Origin: Myxococcota bacterium
GTDB lineage: Bacteria > Myxococcota_A > UBA796 > CAJQPC01
Length of the DNA: 64,000 nucleotides
NCBI GenBank assembly: GCA_023150775.1
Contig: JAKLKE010000002.1
Span: 24,265-88,264 of the forward strand
Direction: 5' to 3'
Shown: in pieces, positions 26,677-36,679 of the stretch
Position numbering within the stretch: the stretch's first letter is position 1
How the letters are laid out: every line of letters begins with the position of its first letter
The notes under the pieces: generated by a model
The model's input: the letters and a program-made list of their open reading frames with translations, nothing else
The model's database searches: none
Told to the model about the DNA's origin: nothing
Made by a program: the position numbers and the translations under genes

Positions 26677-28442
26677 CCGCCGCGCCGAGCGACTTGGAGG
26701 CTCTGCGGGCGGCTTGGGGCGCGCGCTGGCCCGAGGCCCTGGCGACCTGGAGCCCCTACACCAAGCTCGCCGCGCCCCGGCTGTGCATCACCGAGGCCGA
26801 TGAGAAAGAAGAGCAGCTTCAAGGCTCCTTCGCGATGATCCGTGTCGCCGACCACGCCGTCGTCATCGGGCTGCGGGAGGTCAGCGCCAAGGGCCTTACA
26901 GCGTTTTCGTTGCAAGTTCTCGCCCACGAGATCGGCCACCACGTCTTCGCCCCGGGGGATCTTCGGGACAACGCGCGCCTGATCGCCAAGATCCGTCGCG
27001 GCCTGCCCGGCCAAGAGGACCACGCGGGCATGGTGGCGAACCTCTACCTCGACCTCTTGGTGAACGACCGCCTTCAGCGGGAGAAGGGCCTGGACATGGC
27101 GGCGGTGTACCGCGCCCTGCGCCGCGCCGATGACGACCCGCCCCGGCTCTGGCGCCTGTACCTGCGCACCTATGAGCTGCTGTGGAGCCTGAAGGGCGGC
27201 GACCTCACCCCGAACCTCCCCGAAGATGACGCCTTAGAGGCCGACGCTGGGCTCGCGGCGAGGCTCGTGCGGGCCTACACCAATCGTTGGCTCGACGGCG
27301 CGAGCCGCTACGCCTGCCTGCTCTTGCCTTACCTCATGGAGCAGGGCGACAAGAAGGGCCAAGCCTACCTCGTGCCGTGGCTCGACACCCGCCGGGCCGG
27401 TGAGGGCGATGAGCTGCCCGACGGCCTCGCCGAGCTTGACGACGACGAGCTGCTGGGGCCGATCCACCCCGCTGAAGACCCCGAGCTCAGCGGCCTCACC
27501 GCCCCTGTCGGCACCTCAACCCCAGGCTCGGCGAACCGCGACCTGCCCGGCGGCCTCAAGAACCAGTACCGCGCGCCCACGGAGTACGCCGAGCTGATGA
27601 CCTCCCTCGGCGTGAAGGTCTCGCCGTCGCAGCTCGCCCACCGTTACTACCGCGAGCTGGCCCTGCCCCACATCATCCCCTTCCCACGCCGAGAGATCCC
27701 AAAAGCAACAGACCCGCTGCCTGAAGGGCTCGACGTCTGGGACCCGGGCTCACCCCTCTCGGACGTGGACTGGGTGGAGACCTTGAGCCACAGCCCCGTG
27801 GTGATCCCCGGCGTCACCACCTTAGAGCGTCGTATGGGCGAGTCCGCCGGGGCCGAGCCCGAGCGCCGCCCGCCGGATCTGTACCTCGGCGTGGACTGCT
27901 CGGGCTCGATGAACAACCCCCGGCAGCGGCTCTCGTGGCCGGTGCTCAGCGGCGCGGTGATCACGCTCTCGGCCTTACGCGCCGGGGCGAAGGTGATGGT
28001 CTGTCTCAGCGGAGAGCCCGGCAGCTTCACCGAGACCAAAGGATTTTTGCGACAAGAGGACACGATCTTCGGCGTGCTCACCGACTACCTCGGCACGGGC
28101 TACAGCTACGGGATCTTGCGCCTCAAAGCAACGTTTCTCGACGCCCCGCCGCCGAAGAACCCCGTGCACCTGCTCATCGTCACCGACAGCGACATCTTTC
28201 ACATGCTCGGCTCGGTCAAAGAGGGCTGGGACATCTTCGCTGAGGCCCTCACCCGCGCCGGCGGCGGCGGCACTCTGGTGATGGACCTGCCCTTCCCCGA
28301 GCACTACGCCGCGCAGCTCGCGCGGGTGCGGTCGCTGGGCTGGGGCGTTCACCTCGTGCGCTCCCAAGAGGAGCTGCTCACCTTCGCCCGCGCGTTCAGC
28401 CGGCTACGATTTGGCCCCAAAGGACAGGTGAAGACCCCATGA
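26673..28442 (+). CDS. HExxH metallopeptidase-like domain fused to von Willebrand factor A (vWA) domain
   Basis: 'SLQVLAHEIGHHVFAPGD' (HExxH). vWA MIDAS 'DLYLGVDCSGSMNNP' (DxSxS) plus 'LLIVTDSDIF'. Start reassigned to the in-frame GTG at 26673 (GTGA overlap), because the Arg-rich track extension from 26379 overlaps the previous gene. Confidence 0.85.
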   Translation: MTAAPSDLEALRAAWGARWPEALATWSPYTKLAAPRLCITEADEKEEQLQGSFAMIRVADHAVVIGLREVSAKGLTAFSLQVLAHEIGHHVFAPGDLRDNARLIAKIRRGLPGQEDHAGMVANLYLDLLVNDRLQREKGLDMAAVYRALRRADDDPPRLWRLYLRTYELLWSLKGGDLTPNLPEDDALEADAGLAARLVRAYTNRWLDGASRYACLLLPYLMEQGDKKGQAYLVPWLDTRRAGEGDELPDGLAELDDDELLGPIHPAEDPELSGLTAPVGTSTPGSANRDLPGGLKNQYRAPTEYAELMTSLGVKVSPSQLAHRYYRELALPHIIPFPRREIPKATDPLPEGLDVWDPGSPLSDVDWVETLSHSPVVIPGVTTLERRMGESAGAEPERRPPDLYLGVDCSGSMNNPRQRLSWPVLSGAVITLSALRAGAKVMVCLSGEPGSFTETKGFLRQEDTIFGVLTDYLGTGYSYGILRLKATFLDAPPPKNPVHLLIVTDSDIFHMLGSVKEGWDIFAEALTRAGGGGTLVMDLPFPEHYAAQLARVRSLGWGVHLVRSQEELLTFARAFSRLRFGPKGQVKTP

Positions 28443-29023
28443 CCACCGACGGCCCCGCCCTCGACCTGCTCACCCGCCGCCTCGCTGAGCTGCCCAGCGA
28501 CTTCTTGGCCCCGGTGTGGCGGGAGGACCCAAAGGGTGTTCACGTCGAGGCCGTGATCAACGACCTGCTTCAGGAGTGGGGCGGCCCGCCGGAGACCTCG
28601 TCGAGCCTGGCCCCCTGGCAGCCCAGCGCCCCGGGGCCCCGGCGGCGCCTCGCCTTGGTGACCTGCTGGCTTCTGGCGACGCCGGGCCTCGTGCGTGGGG
28701 TCGCTGGCCGGGACGCCGCCCGGCGCCTGCTCAGCCGGGGCCTCGACGAGCTCGCCGCCTTGGTGCCCCCCGAACGGTTTGTAGACGACCCCGACCGCCG
28801 CGAAGAGCTCGTGCGCCTGACCTTGGCCGGCCTGGGCCTGCGCCCCAAAGGCGAGACCGAGGCCATCGCCGCCGACCGCCTCAAGGCGCTCTCTAGCGTC
28901 GAGCGCGCCCGGGTGCTCCGCGAGACGCAGAAGCAGGTGGAGCACGCCCGCCGGGTGCGTGAGGAGCTCGCCAAGAAGAAGCGCGCCGAGGCCGAGGCCG
29001 CCTCGCGGTACGGCGGAGAGTAG
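28439..29023 (+). CDS. Small helical hypothetical protein ending in ...SRYGGE
   Basis: ATGA overlap with the vWA gene. The C-terminal 50 aa are charged and helical ('ERARVLRETQKQVEHARRVREELAKKKRAEAEAASRYGGE'). Terminal codons read directly: tac ggc gga gag tag (29009-29023). Confidence 0.7.
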   Translation: MTTDGPALDLLTRRLAELPSDFLAPVWREDPKGVHVEAVINDLLQEWGGPPETSSSLAPWQPSAPGPRRRLALVTCWLLATPGLVRGVAGRDAARRLLSRGLDELAALVPPERFVDDPDRREELVRLTLAGLGLRPKGETEAIAADRLKALSSVERARVLRETQKQVEHARRVREELAKKKRAEAEAASRYGGE

Positions 29024-29026
29024 GCC

Positions 29027-30403
29027 TTGATCCCCCCCGATCGCCAGCGCTTGAGCCCGCTTCTGACCCCGGCCGCCTGGGAGTCCCTGCGCGGCCTCAT
29101 CCAAGACCCCGACGCCCCGCGCTGGACGCACCAGCTCGGCGACCGGGTGGAGGCCGAAGACCTGCCCTTCGTGGCGGATTTTCGGGCGGCGATGGCCGAG
29201 CGCGCGCCCTGGCGCCCCGACCAGCCCCCGCCGTGGATCCTCCGCTGGGCGAGGACACAACAAAACCGCTGCGAGCACCTTCGAGAGGCCGCGCGCGGCG
29301 ACTTTGTGGACTGGGCGACGATCCCGACGATGTCCCGGGCCGAGCTCATCCGGCGCCCCGAGCGCTACATCGTCGAGGACGAGCCCTTTGAGCGGCTGAT
29401 GGTCTACGAAACGACGGGCACCACGGGGCCGCCCCTGCCCGCGCCGTCGCACCCCCGAACCCAGGCCCAGGCCCACGCGCTCTTGGAGCACACGCTGCGC
29501 CAGCACGGCGTGACCTTCACCCCACGCCAGGGGGAGGTCGCGGTGATCACCCTCGCCGCCCAGCGCGCGACCTGGACCTTCCCCACGGCCTTCTCGGTGT
29601 GGGATCAGGCGCTCTTGGCCAAGGTGAACCTGCACCCCGAGGACTGGGCCGGCGGGCTCGACCAGGCGCGGCGTTTTTTGGAGCGCGCCCAGCCCCAAGT
29701 GCTCACGGCGAACCCCGTCGCCCTCACCGAGCTCCTTCGCCTCAACCCCGACATCCACCCCAAGGCCATCACGTCTACGGCCACCGCCCTCTCCCCGGCC
29801 CTGCGGAACGCCGTTCGTGACCGCTACGCCTGCCCGGTGATCGACTGGTACTCCTGCACCGAGACGAGCGCCATCGCGTACAGCAGCCCTGTTGCCACAG
29901 AGGACGGCGCGCTCATCTGCCTGCCGAGCGACCTCTTCGTCGAGGTGATCGACGAGACCGGGCGCCCGCTCCCGGCGGGTGAGCTGGGTGAGCTGTGCGT
30001 GAGCGGCGGGCGAAACCCCTACCTCCCCTTCTTGCGCTACCGCACCGGCGACCACGCCCGCTGGGCCCCGGCCCCGGAGGGCGCCGCCGACCCCTTCCCC
30101 CGGCTGTGGGATCTCCAGGGCCGCGCCGGGGTAGACCTCCGCGACGCCCTCGGGCGCCCCGTCGGCCCCGTAGACCTGCAGAACCTCCTGCGCCGGGTGG
30201 CCGCCTTTGTGCAGCACGAGCTGGTGCAGCGCGCCGACGGCAGCGTTCAGCTCACCATCGAGCGGATGCCCGCGGGCCATGTGAACGAGGTCGCCCTACG
30301 CGCCGGGCTCAACCAGCTCTTTGGAGACTTGCCCATCACCGTGGCGGTGATCGAGCCCCGGGACGACGGGCAGAAGCGGGTGCCTTGGCGGCGGGAGGGC
30401 TGA
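29027..30403 (+). CDS. PaaK / coenzyme F390 synthetase-like adenylate-forming (ANL superfamily) ligase
   Basis: 'VYETTGTTGPPLP' (P-loop, compare SSGTTGKP), 'DWYSCTETSAIA', 'FLRYRTGDHARW', 'LQGRAGVDL'. Begins at a TTG 3 nt after the preceding stop; the exact start is uncertain. Confidence 0.8.
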   Translation: MIPPDRQRLSPLLTPAAWESLRGLIQDPDAPRWTHQLGDRVEAEDLPFVADFRAAMAERAPWRPDQPPPWILRWARTQQNRCEHLREAARGDFVDWATIPTMSRAELIRRPERYIVEDEPFERLMVYETTGTTGPPLPAPSHPRTQAQAHALLEHTLRQHGVTFTPRQGEVAVITLAAQRATWTFPTAFSVWDQALLAKVNLHPEDWAGGLDQARRFLERAQPQVLTANPVALTELLRLNPDIHPKAITSTATALSPALRNAVRDRYACPVIDWYSCTETSAIAYSSPVATEDGALICLPSDLFVEVIDETGRPLPAGELGELCVSGGRNPYLPFLRYRTGDHARWAPAPEGAADPFPRLWDLQGRAGVDLRDALGRPVGPVDLQNLLRRVAAFVQHELVQRADGSVQLTIERMPAGHVNEVALRAGLNQLFGDLPITVAVIEPRDDGQKRVPWRREG

Positions 30404-30417
30404 CCGGCGCCGGGGCC

Positions 30418-31580
30418 TTATTGTTCGCGCCCCACCACCCAGCGCATCCCCCACAGGGCCAAGGCCGCGCAGACCAGAGATGAGGCCGCCGCGCCGAGCT
30501 GCCAAGAGAGCGGCGTCACCTCGCCGCTGATCGCCCGGGTGATCAACATCTGCTGGGCGAGGGCGGGCACGGCCATCATCCACGGCGCGGCGGGGATGGG
30601 GTCGATGGACATCCACATGCCGGGGATCATCGGCAAGAACAGCGTCAACGAGAGGTAGGTCTGGGCCTCCTTAAACGAGCGGGTAAAAGACCCGACGAGG
30701 AGCTGGGCGGCCGACGCCAAGGCCGCGAGCGGCAGGAGATGCAGCACGATCAGCGCGCCGACGCCCGGCGTGAGCACGATGCGTAGGCCGAGGCGCTCTA
30801 GGTCCAACCACAGAACGGGGATCAGCGTGAGCACCACCGTCACGATGACGCCCATGACGCCGAAGGTGAGCCCCGCCATCCACTTGCCCAGCACGAGCGC
30901 GCCCCGAGGCGCGGCGGTCAACAGGAGCGGCTCCATGGACTTCCGCTCACGCTCTCCGGCGGTGGTGTCGATCACCAGATACATATTGCAGAAGAAGGCG
31001 GAGATGATCACGAACAGACCGAGCACGGCGCCGATGATGTTGCCGCCGAGGCGCTCCGGCGGCGCCACATCGATCTCGTCCACAGTGACGGCGTGAATCA
31101 GCGCGGGGTCTACGCCTCGGGCGAGCAGGCGCATGACGCCGAGCTCAGACGAGTACGCCGCGACGCCACGCTCCACGTCGGCGGTGACGCCACGATGTTC
31201 GGTCTTTGACCCGTCCGAGATGAGCTCGACCATGGCCGGCTCACCCCGGGCGGCGCGGTCTGAGAAGTCCTCGGGCACCCGCAGCAGCACAGAGAGCTCC
31301 CCGTCGCGAAGCTGCTGCTCGGCGTCGGGGGGCGCGGGCTTGATCTCCAGGTCTCTCTCAAGGATCTTGATCAAGGCCGGCGCGCGCTCGGCCCCCTCGA
31401 CGTAGAGCGTCTCAAGCCCCTGATCGTTCGTGTTACGTTCTAACGCGACGGCGACGAGGCCGATGGTGAGGGGGCCCAAGAGCGGGAAAAAGAAGGCCGA
31501 GAACAGAGAGCGCAGGTCTCGCACCCCGTCGAGGAGCTCCTTCTTGAGCACGACGAGGCTCGGCGGCGTCGGTCGGCGGC

Positions 31581-31584
<4 letters not shown>
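30418..31584 (-). CDS. ABC-2 type transporter permease (NatB-like)
   Basis: 388 aa with an N-terminal TM, a large extracytoplasmic loop and then 5 TM segments. 4-nt overlap with the upstream ATPase gene. Confidence 0.85.
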
Positions 31585-32304
<720 letters not shown>

Positions 32305-32318
<14 letters not shown>

Positions 32319-33771
32319 CTGGGGCCTCCGGTGGCGCCGCGCCGAGGCGTGAGCTGTGAAACGTGGGGCGGGTGACTGTGTCGAGACAGGAGACGTCGAG
32401 GCCCTCGGCGCTGCCCGACTCGATCAGGAGCCGGGCCAGCTTGGGCCCGCAGCCCTGGGTGACCACGCCGTGCCCGGCGCCGGGCGCCACGCCATGAACG
32501 GCGTTGGGCAAGGTCTCCTTCGCCAGGGCCGCGAGGCGCGGCGGGGTCACCGGGTCGAGGCCGCCAGAGAGCAAGAGCGTCGGCGTGCTGACGGAGACAG
32601 GCGCAAAGAAGGCGGGGTCAACCTCGGCTCTGGGCCAGACGGCGCACATCTCCAAGAAGCTCTTGGTCGCCGACGCGCCGACGCGTGTGACGCTCACCGG
32701 CGGGGCGTCGGGGAGCGTGAGGCGCGGGGCGTCTTCGGCGCAGATCACCGTCAGCGTGAGGCCGAGGCTCATGCTCGACGCCGCGCCGCCGGTCACGAGG
32801 CTCGCCTGGGCCAGAAACGGCGCGAGATCCCCGGCCCGGGCGTCGTCCAGGGCGAGGGGCGTGAGCTTGGTGAGGTCCGGCGCGTAGAGCATCCCCCGGA
32901 GGAGCCCGGCGAGGTGCTCGGCGTCAATGGCGACGGTGATGGGCTCGCCGCCGCGGGGGTGGAGGAGGCTGAAATCCTTTGGGGTCTCCAGCGCCGTGAG
33001 CAGGGCGAGGAGGTCGTCTTTGGGATCAAGCGGCGCGCAGGCTGGGTCGGCCGCGCAGTCTCGCGCCATCGCCTCAAACGCCGCCTCCGCGTCGCCGGCG
33101 CTGCCGCCCAAGATCGGCTCTTGGGGCGGGGCCACGCCGTCGAGGATCAAGGTGCGCACCCGGCTTGGGTGCCGACGCGCCCACTCAAGGCCGAGGCGTG
33201 TGCCATACGAGCCGCCGAAGACGTTCACCTGGGCGTACCCGAGGGCCTCGGCCACGGCGTCGAGGTCGTCGGCCGCGAGGCTCGTGCCGTAAAAGTTGAG
33301 GTCGGCGTGGGCCCGCACGGCCTCCAGACAGGCGGCGATGTCCTCCACCGGCGTCGGCCCGGCGAGGGCCAGGAGGGGATCTTCATCCTCCTCGGGGCAG
33401 TCCAGGGCGTTTGAGGCGCCTGTGCCGCGCTGATCGACGAAGATGAGATCCCGGCGGCTGTGAATCCGGCGCAGGGCCGGGGCGACGGCGGCGATGATCT
33501 CGCTGCTCGCCTGGCCGGGGCCCCCGGCGAGCAAAAAGAGCGGGTCGGCGGCGGGGGAGGGGCTCACCGCGGGGAGCTTCACCACACGGAGCGGGATCTT
33601 GCGCCCGTCGGGCCTCGTTGGGTCCTCCGGGCGCTCCAGCACACCACACATCGTCTCTTGGCTCACCCCGCGCACATGGCAAGGCGTGAGCGTCAGCGAC
33701 GCGCCCGCCGCCGGAGGGGGCGCCTCGCAGCCGAGCAGGGTGAGCGGTAGGAGGAGCAGCGGCGCGCGCAT
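32305..33771 (-). CDS. Secreted alpha/beta hydrolase lipoprotein, tripeptidyl-aminopeptidase (TAP) family-like
   Basis: Lipobox 'LPLTLLGCEAPP'. 'FLLAGGPGQASS', nucleophile elbow 'VFGGSYGTRLG' (GxSxG) and C-terminal 'APGAGHGV'. 14-nt overlap with the downstream ABC ATPase gene. Confidence 0.85.
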
Positions 33772-33850
33772 CTCCGCTACACTATCACAGCCGACCTAGC
33801 ACAGCCGACCTGAGATCACAGTCAACCCGCCAAATCCTCCCGGAGTCGCC

Positions 33851-35905
33851 ATGACGCGCGCCGCCTTCCTGCTCAGCCTGCTCCTCCTCGCCGCCTGCCG
33901 CAGCGAAGACAAGGACCCCACCGACACCGAGATCCCCAGCGTAGACTCTGGCGATCTCGACGCCGACGGCGACGGCAGCCCCGCGTCCGAGGACTGCGAC
34001 GACAACAACAACACCATCTCCCCCACGCTCCCGGAGATCCCCTACAACCAGTCCGACGACGACTGTGACCCCGACACCCCCGACGACGACCTCGACGGCG
34101 ACGGCGCGCCCCTCGCTGAAGACTGTGACGACCAAGACCCGACGCGCTCCCCCGACGCCGCCGAGGTCTGTGACGGCCTAGACCAGGACTGCGACGGGGA
34201 GATCGACGAGGGCGGCGGCTCCTTGTTCTACGCCGATGAAGACGGCGACGGCTTCGGCGACCCCACAACGTCCGCCGAGAGCTGCGAGAACGCCGAGGGC
34301 TGGGTGGCCGACAGCGGCGACTGCGACGACGACGAGGAGACGGTGTACCCCGACGCCCCCGAGGTCTGTGACGAGCTGGACAACAACTGTGATGGGGTCG
34401 TGGATGAGGGTGTGCTCTCGACATTTTACCGCGACGCCGACCGCGACGGCCAAGGAGACCTCGACTTCCCCATCGAGTCCTGCTCCGCGCCTTCAGGCTA
34501 CGTCGAGAGCGATGAGGACTGTGACGACACAAACGGGAAGATCTCCACGAACGCCACGGAGCTGTGTGATGAGCTAGACAACGACTGCGACGGCGCCATC
34601 GACGAGGACGACGCCGCGAACGTCGGCAACTTCTACAGCGACACAGACGGCGACGGGTACGGTGACCCCGCGGCGCTGATCCGGGCCTGCGAGGCGCCGT
34701 CCGGGGCGGTGACCGACGCCCGGGACTGTGACGACACAGACGTCAACGTCAACCCCGGCGCGGCGGAGGTCTGCGACGGCGGCGACAACGACTGTGACAC
34801 GCTCATCGACGAGGACGACCCCAACCTCACCGACGCGAGCAGCTTCTTCGCGGACACAGACGGAGACGGCTTCGGTGACCCCGCCGCCTCCGTCGAGGCC
34901 TGCAGCCCCAGCGCCGGGGAGGTCAGCGACCGCTCCGACTGTGACGACACAGACGCCGACATCAACCCCGGCGCCACCGAGGCCATCAACGGCCTCGACG
35001 ACGACTGCGACGGCGAAGGATTTCACGGCCCCTTCGTGGCGACGACGAGCCAGAGCCTCGGCGACGGGCCCTGGGAGTACACGAGCCTCTCTGTGTCGAG
35101 CGGCGTCACGGTCACGGTGAACGCCAGCGCGCCCCTGGAGCTGGTTGTGCTCGGCGCGGCGACGATCACCGGCACCCTCACCCTCGCCGGGTCTGACGGC
35201 GCGGCCCACGGCGGCTACAAGTCGAGCCCCAGCGCGGGCGGCGCCGGCGGCGGCGGAGGGGGTGACGTGGGCGGCGCCGGGGCCTGCTACAACACGGGCA
35301 GCGGCGGCCAGGCGGGCCTCGGCGACGCCCCCGGCGGCGGCGCCAGCTCCAGCGGGGTCGGCGGCGGCGGAGGGGGCGGCGGGCACGACGGCCCCGGCGC
35401 GGCGGGCCAGGCCGGCACCTGCACCTCCGCCCGCTGCGGCTCGTCCTACACCGTGGCCGGAGGCAGCGCCGGGGCCGATCTCTCCTCCAGCGCGCCGAGC
35501 TTGCAGCCCGGTAGCGGCGGCGGCGGAGGGGGCTGGGGCGTGGCCGACAACGGCGACGGCGGCGGCGGCGGCGGGGGTGGCGGCGCGCTCTTTGTGCAGG
35601 CGGCGAGCCTCACGGTCAGCGGGCTCCTCGACTGCTCGGGCGGCGACGGCGGCGGCGACAGCAGCGGCCTCGACGGCGGCTCCGGCGGCGGCGGCTCCGG
35701 CGGCACCCTCTGGCTCGTCACCGACAGCCTCAGCGTCTCCGGCGCCCTGCGCTGTGAGGGCGGCGCGGGCGGTCAGACCGTCATCGGCGGCACCAGCGCC
35801 CAAGGCGGCTACGGCGGCGACGGCGCCGACGGGGTGATCTGGCTCGACGCCGGGACGGTGAGCGTCACCGGCACGGTGAGCCCGGTCTACCAGCTCGTGC
35901 CCTAA
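33851..35905 (+). CDS. Lipoprotein with six Cys-rich 'putative metal-binding' repeats and a Gly-rich C-terminal region
   Basis: Lipobox 'LLLLAACRSE'. Six units such as 'DCDDTDVNVNPGAAEVCDGGDNDCDTLIDED'. The C-terminal third has runs of GGGGGG and 'GGxGG'. The antisense 446-aa ORF is Ala/Gly/Arg-rich and is rejected. Confidence 0.85.
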   Translation: MTRAAFLLSLLLLAACRSEDKDPTDTEIPSVDSGDLDADGDGSPASEDCDDNNNTISPTLPEIPYNQSDDDCDPDTPDDDLDGDGAPLAEDCDDQDPTRSPDAAEVCDGLDQDCDGEIDEGGGSLFYADEDGDGFGDPTTSAESCENAEGWVADSGDCDDDEETVYPDAPEVCDELDNNCDGVVDEGVLSTFYRDADRDGQGDLDFPIESCSAPSGYVESDEDCDDTNGKISTNATELCDELDNDCDGAIDEDDAANVGNFYSDTDGDGYGDPAALIRACEAPSGAVTDARDCDDTDVNVNPGAAEVCDGGDNDCDTLIDEDDPNLTDASSFFADTDGDGFGDPAASVEACSPSAGEVSDRSDCDDTDADINPGATEAINGLDDDCDGEGFHGPFVATTSQSLGDGPWEYTSLSVSSGVTVTVNASAPLELVVLGAATITGTLTLAGSDGAAHGGYKSSPSAGGAGGGGGGDVGGAGACYNTGSGGQAGLGDAPGGGASSSGVGGGGGGGGHDGPGAAGQAGTCTSARCGSSYTVAGGSAGADLSSSAPSLQPGSGGGGGGWGVADNGDGGGGGGGGGALFVQAASLTVSGLLDCSGGDGGGDSSGLDGGSGGGGSGGTLWLVTDSLSVSGALRCEGGAGGQTVIGGTSAQGGYGGDGADGVIWLDAGTVSVTGTVSPVYQLVP
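33988..35020 (+). repeat. Intragenic tandem array, about 200-205 bp period, six Cys-rich modules
   Basis: 'ga(c/t)tg(c/t)gacgac' module starts at about 33988, 34118, 34316, 34513, 34722 and 34927. The protein consensus is [DE]DCDD-x9-10-(E)xCD-x-xDxDCDGxxDE. Confidence 0.8.
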
Positions 35906-35971
35906 ACTCGTCAATCACACTTGACCATCTGGGCGCCCCGCGGTACGATGGTGGGGCTCCCCGAGGTGCCC

Positions 35972-36679
35972 ATGTCGAACGAGCCGACCCTCAGCCCCCT
36001 CGTCCCCGGCGTCTGGGGCTATGAGTACGAGCTTGTCTTGCCCGGCGGCGTACAGTTCACCGTGCGCCCCTTCGTGATCGTGCTGCCTGACGGCGGGGTG
36101 TGGGTCTGCTCGCCGGGGCCGATCTCCGACGCGCTGGCGGCGCAGATTGAGGCCCTCGGCCCCGTGCGCCACCTCGTCTCGCCGAACACCTACCATCACG
36201 TTTATCTGGGAGACGCCAGCCGACGTTGGCCCGACGCGAAGGTCTGGGCCCCGGCGGGTCTTGAGAAAAAGCGCCCCGACCTACGCATCGACGCCACGCT
36301 CAGCCCCGAGGCCGAGGCCGCCTGGGGTGGGGTGGTTCAGCTCCTGCTCATCGAGGGCGCCCCAGCGCTCAACGAGTGGGTCTTCTTTTATCGGCCGAGC
36401 CGGGCGCTGATCGTGACGGATCTTGTGTTTAACCTCCAGCGCTGGGACTCCTGGATGTCGTCCATCGTGTTCTGGATGATGGGCGTGAACGAACATCGCC
36501 TCGCCCAGAGCCGCGCGTGGCGCTTCGTGCTGGCCAAAGATCGCGCCGCCTTGGCCCGTAGTACCCGGGCCGTCGTCGCCCTCGACGCCGAGGTCCTCTT
36601 GCCCAGCCACGGCGGCGTCATTCAAGGCCAGGTGAAGCCGGAGCTAGAGCGGGCGATGGCCTGGATGTTGGCGGGCTGA
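35972..36679 (+). CDS. DUF4336-like (metallo-beta-lactamase-fold-like) protein, paralog 1
   Basis: 'LVPGVWGYEYELVLPGGVQFTVRPFVIVLPDGGVWVCSPGPISDALAAQIEALGPVRHLVSPNTYHHVYLGD'. I chose the in-frame ATG at 35972 over the track start at 35921. Confidence 0.75.
   Translation: MSNEPTLSPLVPGVWGYEYELVLPGGVQFTVRPFVIVLPDGGVWVCSPGPISDALAAQIEALGPVRHLVSPNTYHHVYLGDASRRWPDAKVWAPAGLEKKRPDLRIDATLSPEAEAAWGGVVQLLLIEGAPALNEWVFFYRPSRALIVTDLVFNLQRWDSWMSSIVFWMMGVNEHRLAQSRAWRFVLAKDRAALARSTRAVVALDAEVLLPSHGGVIQGQVKPELERAMAWMLAG

Noticed and set aside
28349-30280. 643-aa minus-strand ORF antisense to the 194-aa gene and the PaaK-like ligase
   Set aside because: Arg/Gly/Pro/Ala-rich with no recognisable domain. The plus-strand frames have ANL motifs and 4-nt coupling to their neighbours.
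34574-35914. 446-aa minus-strand ORF antisense to the Cys-rich repeat lipoprotein
   Set aside because: The composition is almost entirely Ala/Gly/Arg/Val. The plus frame gives a lipobox and six regular Cys-rich modules.
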